64,000 bases of DNA from IMG/VR virus record IMGVR_UViG_3300025121_000014, positions 1 through 64,000 of that record. One strand, given 5' to 3'. How positions within the stretch are numbered: position 1 is the stretch's first letter; each line of letters opens with the position of its first letter. This DNA is from a virus (lineage: Duplodnaviria > Caudoviricetes). The notes beneath the pieces are model-generated. The model was not told the DNA's origin, did not search any database, and saw only the letters and a list, made by a program, of their open reading frames with translations. Position numbers and translations under genes: made by a program. Below, in pieces: positions 29,703 to 40,088 of this stretch.

Positions 29703-30749
29703 ATGCGAAAACCAAATGGTTATTGGACAAAAGAAAGATGCCACGAAGAAGCATTAAAATATACTAAAAGGAATAATTTTATAAAAAATTCAAATAATGC
29801 ATATGAAATTGCAAGAAGAAATAATTGGTTAAATGATATATGCCATCATATGATAAATAAAGTATATAAACAAAAAGGATATTGGACTAAAGAAAAATGT
29901 AAAGAAGAAGCATTAAAATATTATACCAGAACAACCTTTGAAAACAATTCACATAGTGCATATCGTATTTCATTAAGATGTGGTTGGTTAGATGATATAT
30001 GTTATCATATGGAACTACAACATAAGCCGAATAATTACTGGACAAAAGAAAGATGTCATAAAGAAGCACTAAAATATAACACAAGAACAGATTTTCAAAA
30101 AGAATCAAATGGTGCATATGATTCAGCATTAAGAAATTTATGGTTAGATGAAATATGTTATCATATAATAAAAAAAGGAAATTATAAAAAAAGATGTATT
30201 TATGTATATGAATTTAATGATAATAGTGCATATGTTGGATTAACATATTATATAGAAAATAGACATAATAGACACTTAAATGATAAAAATAGCCAAGTAT
30301 ATAAACATATTAATAAAACGAAAAATTATAAACTTATTAAATTAACTGATTATATTAATGTTAATAATGCTATAAAATTAGAAAAAGAATATGTTAATTT
30401 ATATAAAAACAATGGTTGGAATATATTGAATAAAGCAAAAACTGGATCAATAGGAGGAAATATTTTAAAATGGACATATGATAAATGTAAGAAAGAAGCA
30501 TTAAAATATAACACAAAAAGTGAATTTATAAAAAATAATGGTAATGGTGCATATTCATCTGCTAGTAAAAATAAATGGTTAGGTGAAATATGTAGTCATA
30601 TGAAATCAAAAATTATTAAATGGACTAAAGAAGATGAACTATTTCTATTAGAAAATTATAAAAATAAAGGTGTAAATTTTTGTATGGAAAAATTAAATAG
30701 AAATAAAAACGCAATACGAAGTAGATATTATAAAATACAAATTAAATAA
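29703..30749 (+). CDS. GIY-YIG-type homing endonuclease with WTKE.C..EALKY repeats
   Basis: IYVYEF...YVGLT...R...H, LE...W..LN core plus four helical DNA-binding repeats. Confidence 0.7.
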   Translation: MRKPNGYWTKERCHEEALKYTKRNNFIKNSNNAYEIARRNNWLNDICHHMINKVYKQKGYWTKEKCKEEALKYYTRTTFENNSHSAYRISLRCGWLDDICYHMELQHKPNNYWTKERCHKEALKYNTRTDFQKESNGAYDSALRNLWLDEICYHIIKKGNYKKRCIYVYEFNDNSAYVGLTYYIENRHNRHLNDKNSQVYKHINKTKNYKLIKLTDYINVNNAIKLEKEYVNLYKNNGWNILNKAKTGSIGGNILKWTYDKCKKEALKYNTKSEFIKNNGNGAYSSASKNKWLGEICSHMKSKIIKWTKEDELFLLENYKNKGVNFCMEKLNRNKNAIRSRYYKIQIK

Positions 30750-30826
30750 ACATAAAATACAAATTAAATAAACAAAAATGACATTATATTCTATATTAAT
30801 AGAACTAAAAAATAATCAAATTATGA

Positions 30827-31843
30827 ATGAATAAAGTGAAATATGGACAATTTTATACTAAAAATTCTCATTATATTGTTGGAGATTTAATAAATATTAT
30901 TCCTAATGATAAAATAGTTGTGGATCCTTTTGTTGGATATGGAGATTTAATAAAATTATTACAAAATGAAAAAGAAATTTATGATATTGATCCTAAAATA
31001 GATAATACTATAAAGCAAGATACATTATTAAATCCATTAAATTATATTAATAAATGGATTATAACTAATCCACCTTATTTAGCAAGAAATAAAAATAAAG
31101 ATAAAACTCTTTATGATAAGTATGATTTAAATGATTTATATAAAATAGCATTAAAAACAATAATGGGTTGTGAAGGTGGTGTAATTATAATACCATTAAA
31201 TTTTTTTTCAGGACAAGATGATAAAATAAGAAAAGAATTTTTATCACAATATAAAATAACAAAATTAAAAATATTTGAAGAACAAGTATTCGATGATACA
31301 TCATATACTGTTTGTGCATTTTCTTTTATAAAAGAAAATAATGATAGACAAATAATAAATACTATATTTTTACCATCTGAAGAAATTAAAAATATAGAAT
31401 TAACATTATCTAATAATTATATGTTTGGTGAAAATTTTTTTAAAATAATAAATCATGAAAATCCATTAAAAATTACAAGATTAGTAAATTATAATGTTAT
31501 AAAACCAAATACATATTTATATTTAAGAGCTACTGATACTGGAACAGATGATGGTAGGATTAGTTTAACTATAAATAAAAATCATTTTTATGGTAAAAAT
31601 ACAGATAGAACATTTGCTACAATAATATTATCAGATGATTTTAGTAATATAGATATAAATCAACAACAAAATATATGTAATATTTTTAATTTTTTATTGG
31701 AAAAATATAGATTAGAATATAATTCATTATTTTTAAATAATTATAGAAATTCTACAAAATCATATTCAAGAAAAAGAATTAGTTTTAATATGGCTTATAA
31801 ACTAATATCATATATTATTAAAAATGAAAAATGGGATGTTTAA
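30827..31843 (+). CDS. Type II N6-adenine DNA methyltransferase
   Basis: GQFYT, DPFVGYG (motif I), TNPPY (motif IV). Confidence 0.88.
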   Translation: MNKVKYGQFYTKNSHYIVGDLINIIPNDKIVVDPFVGYGDLIKLLQNEKEIYDIDPKIDNTIKQDTLLNPLNYINKWIITNPPYLARNKNKDKTLYDKYDLNDLYKIALKTIMGCEGGVIIIPLNFFSGQDDKIRKEFLSQYKITKLKIFEEQVFDDTSYTVCAFSFIKENNDRQIINTIFLPSEEIKNIELTLSNNYMFGENFFKIINHENPLKITRLVNYNVIKPNTYLYLRATDTGTDDGRISLTINKNHFYGKNTDRTFATIILSDDFSNIDINQQQNICNIFNFLLEKYRLEYNSLFLNNYRNSTKSYSRKRISFNMAYKLISYIIKNEKWDV

Positions 31844-32603
31844 ACATTCCATTTTTTTAATATATTAAATATAGATTCTATATTGCATACATATGTAAAA
31901 TCACTATTATATTTAGATAAGTAATCCCATCTTTTTTTATAATATTCACCATCTAATAATGATATATATCTTATATTTTCATTTGCACATTGAATAGCTT
32001 GTTTAGCAAAATCAACAGCATCTTTATATTGGTTTGCTTGCGCACCGCCTTCTTCTTCTGTTGTTTTATCATAAATATATATGATTTTATTATTACCAGA
32101 AATTTTAAAATCTATAGATTTTGTTGATAATGATTTATCATAATTAAGGTTATTAATATACATCAATTTACCATCACATAAATATAAAGCATCATTTCCT
32201 TTATCTGGTAATTTTACAATATTATAACCGTTATATTCTATAAATGATTTTTTAAAACTTTCACAAGTGTTTTGCTTTTTAGTGTTTTTAATTAAAATTG
32301 ACATTATAATTTCATCAGCTTCAGTTAAATCATCTATTCTATCGTATGAAATTATTCTATCTATAAAATTATTACATTTAATTTCAATGTTATCTTTATC
32401 TAGACCACTATTATATAATATACTATCTAATTTTTGAATATATTCACTTTTATTTTTTTCTTTTGTATTGATTTAAAAACTATTTTTAATTTATCTTGTA
32501 ATTTTTCTACAGATAAATATCTTACTACCTTATTTAATTCTAATGGTATTTCACCATTTATTATACTTTCATTAACTTTATCAAAATTGATATTATTCGT
32601 CAT
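31840..32603 (-). pseudogene. Restriction-endonuclease-like gene split by a -1 frameshift (A7 tract 32453-32459); ORF track shows only 31840-32304
   Basis: IDFK, GGAQANQYKD, LLDGEYY motifs. Frame is open upstream of the annotated Met; the 5' part (MTNNINF...) lies in the adjacent frame; 764 nt = 255 codons - 1. Confidence 0.6.
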
Positions 32604-32755
32604 CTCCGAATCACATATTATTTTTTAATCCTTTTTAACGGATTAATACTTATATATGATTTACTAAAATTAGTTTGTTTTTTTATTTTAGATTTCATAT
32701 TTTTATTTTTCTATAAAATATAGTTTAAATCAAACAAATTGTTTAAAATTAATAT

Positions 32756-32795
32756 ATGAACTATCCACTAAACTGAAGAATTAACTGTTTTCTTT
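32756..32795 (-). mobile_element. Orphan IS200/IS605-type end hairpin
   Basis: Minus strand AAAGAAAACAGTTAATTCTTCAGTTTAGTGGATAGTTCAT; shares the TCTTCAGTTT core and AGTTCAT terminus with the tnpB element ends. Confidence 0.65.
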
Positions 32796-32881
32796 TATAT
32801 GTCATATAAAAAATTCATAATGAAGAAAACATTAAATGAATTTAAAAATTAATATATAGTTTTAAAAATAATATTAATCAA

Positions 32882-33688
32882 ATGATAATAAAGTTTAATG
32901 AATATATATTGGAAGCAAAATTAACAGAAGGTTATGATGATTATATACGTCAATTTAATAGTATATATTCTTTAATTAAAGACATTGGTGGTACAGTTAA
33001 TCCAATTGAGTTGAAAGCTAAAAAATCTTTTTTAAAAAAAGATATAGATGCTTTTATAGAAAGAATAACAGAAGATAATATATCATCGACTGATATAGAT
33101 AAAATTCAACAATATATTAAAGATAAAAAGAAATTACTACATAAAAAATTATTTAATTTATTTGAAAATTTAGATAATATTAAAAGAGATATTAAAAGAA
33201 AAAAATTAAGAAAAACACAAGAAAGATTTGTCGAAGATAATCCAATAATTAATGGATTAAATAAAATAGATACATTAGAAAGTTTTTATAATAACATAGA
33301 GACTTTATTAAAAGATAATAGTAAAACTGATGTTCTATTTTTCTTATATGGTTTATTAGCATACTTCAATAATAATTCATTAAGTCGTGTAGATTTATTT
33401 AGTTTTATTTCTATGCATGATGATGAAATGACAGGAAATCTTATTAGAAATTTGAATTGGGAAATGGCAACATGGGATGATAAAAAATATGACCAATGGC
33501 ATTATATTGGTGGAGTTATGAATCAATTATTTAGGGGAACTGATAAATTTACAGATACAGATTTAAAAGAAGAAAATCCATATACTGATAGAGAAAATGC
33601 TATTTATGAAATATCAGATGAATTCTATTCATATATAAAATCAGTCTTAGTAAAATTTGTGGAAACTGGACAATTTGATTTAATTTAA
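32882..33688 (+). CDS. CTS-bearing hypothetical protein
   Basis: MIIKFNEYILE start; late promoter at 32850-32858. Confidence 0.55.
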   Translation: MIIKFNEYILEAKLTEGYDDYIRQFNSIYSLIKDIGGTVNPIELKAKKSFLKKDIDAFIERITEDNISSTDIDKIQQYIKDKKKLLHKKLFNLFENLDNIKRDIKRKKLRKTQERFVEDNPIINGLNKIDTLESFYNNIETLLKDNSKTDVLFFLYGLLAYFNNNSLSRVDLFSFISMHDDEMTGNLIRNLNWEMATWDDKKYDQWHYIGGVMNQLFRGTDKFTDTDLKEENPYTDRENAIYEISDEFYSYIKSVLVKFVETGQFDLI

Positions 33689-33695
33689 ATTATTA

Positions 33696-34325
33696 GTTGT
33701 ATCTACCTATCATTCCAAGGTTATATCCAACATTGGTAGTATAAATAGGGATGATTGTTATGTTGTATCTACCTATCATTCCAAGGTTATATCCAACGAA
33801 ACAAGTTTTTTCTGAATTACAGACACTGTTGTATCTACCTATCATTCCAAGGTTATATCCAACTAATTATAAAAATGAAAAGATAATGTAAGGGTTGTAT
33901 CTACCTATCATTCCAAGGTTATATCCAACACTGAATATTTATGGTATTCCGTCTGAAGCGTTGTATCTACCTATCATTCCAAGGTTATATCCAACTCGAT
34001 GGTAAATGCCTTAAACGGTATTAGAGTTGTATCTACCTATCATTCCAAGGTTATATCCAACCATAATCTAATAATGGAATATTACTCCCTCGTTGTATCT
34101 ACCTATCATTCCAAGGTTATATCCAACATATTGGGAAGGTGAACTATTAGCAGGTTCGTTGTATCTACCTATCATTCCAAGGTTATATCCAACGTATTAT
34201 GTGATACTTTTTGTTCTTTATCAGTTGTATCTACCTATCATTCCAAGGTTATATCCAACAAATGATATTTTTAATATACCTATGAACTTGTTGTATCTAC
34301 CTATCATTCCAAGGTTATATCCAAC
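33696..34325. CRISPR. CRISPR array: 10 identical 36-nt repeats, 9 spacers of 30 nt
   Basis: Repeat GTTGTATCTACCTATCATTCCAAGGTTATATCCAAC at 33696, 33762, 33828, 33894, 33960, 34026, 34092, 34158, 34224 and 34290. Confidence 0.99.
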
Positions 34326-34476
34326 CTATGACCATTTAAATACTTAGTTTAAAGATAGTTAGTGAGTGCTTACTGAAATTAAAATATATAATAAAAATAC
34401 AAATGAAACATAAGTCTCTTTATTTTTTAATTTCTACCTCACCGTAAGGGCATACAATTGCCCCATCTAAATATTA
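34326..34476 (-). ncRNA. Leader / candidate tracrRNA-like region between cas12f and the array
   Basis: GGGCA-N6-TGCCC hairpin (34448-34463); short partial repeat matches at 34354-34362 and 34433-34439; AT-rich middle. Confidence 0.4.
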
Positions 34477-35739
34477 TCAAAGAACTTTTTCTTTATTTTT
34501 TAATTTATAATATTGTGTATTTTCATATTTATCAACATATAATTTTGATTTGGCAATATTATATGCTGCATTATAATCAGAATCTATATTTTCATTGTGT
34601 ATTTTACACTTATCATTTTGACATATAAATGTATCCCCATTTCTTTCCCCTATTTCCCCACATATAGAACATATTTGACTAGTATGATAAGGATCGACAA
34701 ATTTCAAGTTTATTCCATAAGAATCTACTTTATATTTTAACTTGTCTATAAAATTAGAAATTGGCCAATATCTAGAAAAAAATGAATTCTTATCAATATT
34801 TCTATTTAATAATTCCATATTAATCTGTTCTACTTTATACTTTATACAAAAATCAATAACCTGTTTACTTAATTTATGTAAAGCAGTATTAGTAAAATTA
34901 ATTTCTTTTTTTCTGATAGTGTCTAAATATTTTAATTTTCTATTTCTACCGTGTCCACCTTTTGCCATAACCATAGATTTCTGGTATTCTCTTCTTTTCT
35001 TATTAATATCCATCTTTACACGGATTAAATCATCAGAATGAATTGATTTTTGTACATGTATATTATCATTTAATCTTATTGATACAAATCGTCTAACACC
35101 TAAATCGATGCCACATACTCTACCTTTTACTTTTTCGTAATCTTCAGATTCTGTTTCATATGTAAATATTATATAATAATGTTTGTCTCTTTTATTGTAT
35201 GTTACGTTAAAAACTCTATTAATATTTAGTGATTTATCATTTTTATCCATTAATCTTTCTAATAGTTTTTTGTTACCACTTTTATCTTTACCAAATAATA
35301 GTTTAAAATCTAATCCATTTTTTATTCTTAATATGATATCATCATTTACATTATGAAAATTTGGATTAATCCCACCACTATTAAATTGGTATATAATAGG
35401 TGCTCCATATTTATATAATCTAGGTGTTCGTTTACCTTTAAATAATCCGTTTTTTATGTCATTAGAAAAATCTTTCTTAACCCTATGACATATATTAGAT
35501 AATATAGCTGTTGGGAATGTTGGATGCAAATCTCTTACAGAGTGATATACTTTTGTTGTTTTTGCAGATTTTACTGGAATAATACTTTCTGACAATTTTT
35601 GTTTTATAAATACCCATTCGTGTGAATATGCATCATTATATATTTTATTTGTTTGATACATTAAATTATTTATATAATCAAATGTATTTTTATTTAATGG
35701 CACTATTCTTATTTTTACTGCGGATATGTATTTATTCAT
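34477..35739 (-). CDS. cas12f: Compact type V effector, Cas12f-like (TnpB-derived), RuvC intact
   Basis: GIDLG (RuvC-I), GHGRNRKL helix, NMEL (RuvC-II), WP...DKLKYK...G...VDP.HTSQ.CS.CG, DSDYNAA (RuvC-III); 420 aa; adjacent array. Confidence 0.82.
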   Translation of the reverse strand: MNKYISAVKIRIVPLNKNTFDYINNLMYQTNKIYNDAYSHEWVFIKQKLSESIIPVKSAKTTKVYHSVRDLHPTFPTAILSNICHRVKKDFSNDIKNGLFKGKRTPRLYKYGAPIIYQFNSGGINPNFHNVNDDIILRIKNGLDFKLLFGKDKSGNKKLLERLMDKNDKSLNINRVFNVTYNKRDKHYYIIFTYETESEDYEKVKGRVCGIDLGVRRFVSIRLNDNIHVQKSIHSDDLIRVKMDINKKRREYQKSMVMAKGGHGRNRKLKYLDTIRKKEINFTNTALHKLSKQVIDFCIKYKVEQINMELLNRNIDKNSFFSRYWPISNFIDKLKYKVDSYGINLKFVDPYHTSQICSICGEIGERNGDTFICQNDKCKIHNENIDSDYNAAYNIAKSKLYVDKYENTQYYKLKNKEKVL

Positions 35740-35837
35740 ATTATTGTTTCTTTAATTATAAAGATAAACTAAAAAATAATAAAAACCAAATATTTTATAA
35801 AATATTTTATATATAGATGTAAAAATAAAAACATTAA

Positions 35838-38800
35838 ATGTTAGACTTTAAATTATTCGAAAATGTTGCTCAGGCTAAGTCTTTTTTAAGACAAAATAAT
35901 ATTCCTGAAACCGATTCATTATACCAATTAGTAAGAAAATCATTTAAAGGTAAAGAAGGTTATGTCGGTTGGATTACTAAATTAATATATCGTATGTTAG
36001 CTTTTGAATCTAACGGAAAATATTTGGCACTTGATAAAAATTCTTTGATTGATAGTACAGTTAATAGTAGTAATATTATTAATAATACTTTAAATCGCGC
36101 TAAAAGACAGTTTGATATATTACTTGATTATTTATCTGAAAAAGAAGTTATAGATAAATTAGAAAAACCTGTAATTGAATATGAAACATTCGAACAATTT
36201 GTTGATGCCTTTATAATTGCTGAAGATAAACTTAAAGCTAAAAGAATTTATGATGAATTTCCTGCTGAGCAAAAGAAATTAATTAATATAAACATTGATT
36301 ATAAATTATTAAAACAATTACATGATAAAAAAAATAAAAAAATATTTATTAAAAAAATATCATCGTATCATGATAGAAAAAATTTAATATCTAGAATAAC
36401 TGCATTTATTAATGAAGTAATCGATGATAATTTTAATAATAAAATAAAATATTTAAAAAATAATAAATTAGAAATTGTTCACCAGAGTGAAAAAGATAAT
36501 ATTATTATTGCTAAAATATTTAACTACCAACAATGTTCAATAGTAGGTGCTGAAACATCTTGGTGTATAGCAAGAGATTCTAATACTTATAGTAATTATA
36601 TAAAGAACGATTTAGATAGACAATATATTATTTATTTAACTGATAAACCACCAACAGATAATGAAAGTATTATTGGTGTTACTTTTAAATTAAATTCTTA
36701 TTATACTGCACATTATAAAGATGATGCATATTTAACTGAATCAAAACTTAATGAATTGTTTGAACAAAGAAAAGTTGATAAAAAAATATTTAAAATTAAA
36801 AAAAGTGAAATAAATGAACATAATATTAAAAATGTTAATCCATATGGTTTATTTAAATTAGGATTTACAAAAGATGAAATTATAAATAAAAAAGGTAAAG
36901 AATATTTAACTGGAATGCAAATTTTATTATTAAAAGAAATGGGGTTTACAAAAGATGAAATTAAAGAATATTCTCATTTTAGAGATCCATTAGAAGATAT
37001 AAAAAAAGTTGGATTTACAGAAGAAGAAATAGAAGAGTTGGTACCTAATTTAAAACAAAAAAATATTGAAGAATTTATAGAAGCTAAATTATCAAAAGAA
37101 TTTATAATGAAATATATAAATTTCGATACTTTATATGTTCATAGTTTATTACATATGTTTACAAAAGAAGAAATTTTAAATAATAAACAAGTATATGTTG
37201 AATCAGAATTAGATAGTTTTAATCAAGAACAAATAAAAAAATATGATTTAAATAATAAAGTAAGATTAGATGGTTATACAATTAGTGTAGATGAATTAAA
37301 AAAATATATTAAAACTGGTGAAATTTATAAAATTATAAATAGATTAGAACCAAAATCAATATATTTATTTAAATTAATTAATGCTGGTTTAAATTTAAAC
37401 GATTTACAACAAATAAAGAATCTTTATGAAAAATTAATTGATATTGATCGAGATTTTTATAAAAAACATTGTTATAAACCAAAAGAAGAAACGAAAACGA
37501 ACGAATATAGAATATATAGTTCGAATACATTTTATTTAGATCATACTATAAAAAAATTAAAAATATATAATATTACACCAGATGATATATCATTAGAAAA
37601 ATTAGAATATGTGTTAAATGGAATATCACATTTGGCGGTTCCAAGAGTTGTTAACTTTTTAATAGAACAAGAATATTCTTATACTGAACAAGAAATTAAA
37701 AATTTTTTACTTAAAATTATACATATTAATGTTGATAAAAAAGAACTATTTAAAAGTGGCATAGAAGCTGGTATAAATTTTTATCCAGAATTAATGATAT
37801 TTTATCTTGAAAATAACGATGTAATTGATCCACGTGAATTTGATACCGCTAAAAATCTTCTAAGCGAAAAATACCCAGATAAATGGGAAATTATTGAAGA
37901 TAAACAAAAAAAAGCTATATTTATTAAACATACATTACGTCAAGCAGGATATTTGGCTATAGGTTCACAATATGATGATTTTGGTGATTGGGATACTGAA
38001 CGCAAAGATTATGCATTAAACTTAAATTGGAAAAATGAAATGAAAGGTGAAAATGAATATTTAGCATATGTAGCAACAATAATAATTTTAGCATTAAATG
38101 ATGATTGGGAAAGTTTATATAAATTACCACAATGGGATTGGGGAGATAATACAACTAATGTTGGTGATAGTTTAGATAATTATAAAGTATATTTATCTTA
38201 TTTAGTTAGAACTATATTAGGTGCAAATGTTACAAAATCATATTCAAAATTTAGAGAAACAGACGAATTAACAAAAAATCAAATAAGTAAAATATATACT
38301 TGGATAATGAATTATGTATGGCCAACTATTGAAAATAAAGAACAACAAGAACCAGAATTACAATTAGCTTATTATCTTCTTGATAAAAAAAGATGGAATG
38401 ATTATTTACAAAGAACTAAAAAGAAAAAAATGAATTATTTTCGTAAAGATAGTTATTGGATATCATACTCTGATAAAAAAATCGGAACAAAAGAAATAAA
38501 AATGACATATAGATTTTATAACATTGCACAAGTTGTAGAATATTTATGTAATGATAGAAAATATATAAATTCACCATATTATAAAAGTATTCCTAAAACA
38601 AATATGGAATTAGATAAATTATTATTTGAATTCACAGATGGAATAACAATGGGTAAAAAAGAATTAAAAAAAACAATATCAACATTATATCGAATAAATA
38701 TTTGGAATGATAATAAAGATAGAACAAAAATAATAAATGATATATTTAATAAATATATTCCTATAATAAATGAAAGTATAATGACCAATTATGATAACTT

Positions 38801-38846
38801 TATATATAATTTAAAATTTAATAATCCTAAGAATGTTAGACTTTAA
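35838..38846 (+). CDS. Large CTS-bearing protein with SWCI-motif domain and helical repeats
   Basis: MLDFKLFE start, TSWCIAR, YYTAHY..D, LGFTK(D/E)EI repeats. Confidence 0.55.
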   Translation: MLDFKLFENVAQAKSFLRQNNIPETDSLYQLVRKSFKGKEGYVGWITKLIYRMLAFESNGKYLALDKNSLIDSTVNSSNIINNTLNRAKRQFDILLDYLSEKEVIDKLEKPVIEYETFEQFVDAFIIAEDKLKAKRIYDEFPAEQKKLININIDYKLLKQLHDKKNKKIFIKKISSYHDRKNLISRITAFINEVIDDNFNNKIKYLKNNKLEIVHQSEKDNIIIAKIFNYQQCSIVGAETSWCIARDSNTYSNYIKNDLDRQYIIYLTDKPPTDNESIIGVTFKLNSYYTAHYKDDAYLTESKLNELFEQRKVDKKIFKIKKSEINEHNIKNVNPYGLFKLGFTKDEIINKKGKEYLTGMQILLLKEMGFTKDEIKEYSHFRDPLEDIKKVGFTEEEIEELVPNLKQKNIEEFIEAKLSKEFIMKYINFDTLYVHSLLHMFTKEEILNNKQVYVESELDSFNQEQIKKYDLNNKVRLDGYTISVDELKKYIKTGEIYKIINRLEPKSIYLFKLINAGLNLNDLQQIKNLYEKLIDIDRDFYKKHCYKPKEETKTNEYRIYSSNTFYLDHTIKKLKIYNITPDDISLEKLEYVLNGISHLAVPRVVNFLIEQEYSYTEQEIKNFLLKIIHINVDKKELFKSGIEAGINFYPELMIFYLENNDVIDPREFDTAKNLLSEKYPDKWEIIEDKQKKAIFIKHTLRQAGYLAIGSQYDDFGDWDTERKDYALNLNWKNEMKGENEYLAYVATIIILALNDDWESLYKLPQWDWGDNTTNVGDSLDNYKVYLSYLVRTILGANVTKSYSKFRETDELTKNQISKIYTWIMNYVWPTIENKEQQEPELQLAYYLLDKKRWNDYLQRTKKKKMNYFRKDSYWISYSDKKIGTKEIKMTYRFYNIAQVVEYLCNDRKYINSPYYKSIPKTNMELDKLLFEFTDGITMGKKELKKTISTLYRINIWNDNKDRTKIINDIFNKYIPIINESIMTNYDNFIYNLKFNNPKNVRL

Positions 38847-38997
38847 ATTATTAGAATATTTAAATGCTTATAAAATAGATTATATTAATGATAATGATAG
38901 AAAAAGAAAACTTAAAAATATAGTTAATAATATATTCCAATTAAAAGAAAATACTATATCTAATTTTAATTTATTTAAGCATAAATTATTGATTTAA
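38833..38997 (+). CDS. 54-aa ORF sharing its first 20 nt with the 35838 gene
   Basis: MLDFKLLEYLNAYKIDYINDNDRKRKLKNIV... Confidence 0.35.
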   Translation: MLDFKLLEYLNAYKIDYINDNDRKRKLKNIVNNIFQLKENTISNFNLFKHKLLI

Positions 38998-39324
38998 TTT
39001 TTTTCTTGGTATATAAGATGGTTCTTTTATACCATATTCTATAATTGATTTATATATCGGATTATTAAATTTATATAAAGTATTATCAGTATCAAATTTA
39101 GTTGTAATATATTTTTGTATATATACAAAATCTCTTTGAATATATGTTAATCTTTTATAATTTAAACTTATAAATATACATACAGGATAGTAAGAATTTG
39201 CTCTATTTCCGGAAAAACCAAGCCAATAAAAACCCTTATTAATAAGATATTTTTGTAGTTCATAATATTCATATTCATTAAAACACACAACTGCAATTGA
39301 TCCATATTCATATTTATATATCAT
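38986..39324 (-). CDS. PxYxPR-tailed paralog 1
   Basis: Ends YGIKEPSYIPRKKL. Confidence 0.6.
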   Translation of the reverse strand: MIYKYEYGSIAVVCFNEYEYYELQKYLINKGFYWLGFSGNRANSYYPVCIFISLNYKRLTYIQRDFVYIQKYITTKFDTDNTLYKFNNPIYKSIIEYGIKEPSYIPRKKLNQ

Positions 39325-39662
39325 ATCTTATATCTTGGTATATAATTTGGTACTTCAGTACCATATTTCAATATATGTTTAAGAATATTAATATTATTTT
39401 TATCATATATAAAAGTATTTATAAAATAATTATTATTTCTATTTCTGAAATTTATATATTCTCCTATATTTTTAAAAGAACTACCTTGCATGACGTGATA
39501 TGTAACAACTTTTTTATTTAAATAAATTAATAAATAAATTGGAAGTACATATGGAGTACTTAACATAACTGATATATTATTATCTACGAGAATGTTTTTA
39601 ATATAATTATAATCGATTATATCTATAACATTATATACTATAACATCATATTTAAATTTCAT
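39321..39662 (-). CDS. PxYxPR-tailed paralog 2
   Basis: Ends YGTEVPNYIPRYKI. Confidence 0.6.
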   Translation of the reverse strand: MKFKYDVIVYNVIDIIDYNYIKNILVDNNISVMLSTPYVLPIYLLIYLNKKVVTYHVMQGSSFKNIGEYINFRNRNNNYFINTFIYDKNNINILKHILKYGTEVPNYIPRYKI

Positions 39663-40036
39663 TTTCTTTTACTTCTTGGTCTATAATCAGGAGTAGCAAT
39701 TTTAATACCTAAATTTATTATGTTTTTTAAAATGCTTAAATTATTTTTTTTATTAATTTTTTTATAAACAGTAGGATCTATATTATAATATATAATATTT
39801 CCATGTTCGTCATTAAATGTTGAAATTTTATTATTTCGTAAAAAATATCCATATATTGGATAATATATCGATATTTTTTTAACTATTTTAATTTGTAAAA
39901 AAATTACTAAATAATCATTATTAGATTCATAATTAGAAGTAAAACGATATCCTTTATTTATAAGATACGTTTTAATATCTTGAAAATCATCGTAATCTCT
40001 TGGTTTATAAATTACTACATTGTACTTATATTTCAT
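39659..40036 (-). CDS. PxYxPR-tailed paralog 3
   Basis: Ends LGIKIATPDYRPRSKRK. Confidence 0.6.
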   Translation of the reverse strand: MKYKYNVVIYKPRDYDDFQDIKTYLINKGYRFTSNYESNNDYLVIFLQIKIVKKISIYYPIYGYFLRNNKISTFNDEHGNIIYYNIDPTVYKKINKKNNLSILKNIINLGIKIATPDYRPRSKRK

Positions 40037-40088
40037 TCTTTCTTTTTTGACTTATGTGATGGTATCATAATATTATATTTATATATTG

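Noticed and set aside
33696-34325. Type II (Cas9) or type VI (Cas13) locus; also an apparent coding-strand bias of the spacers
   Set aside because: No cas9 or HEPN protein in the window. Open frames in 30-nt spacers are expected by chance, so no strand bias can be claimed. I noticed no spacer match within the window by eye.
34093-34347. 84-aa ORF with YLPIIPRLYPT repeats
   Set aside because: It is the CRISPR array read in frame (66-nt period).
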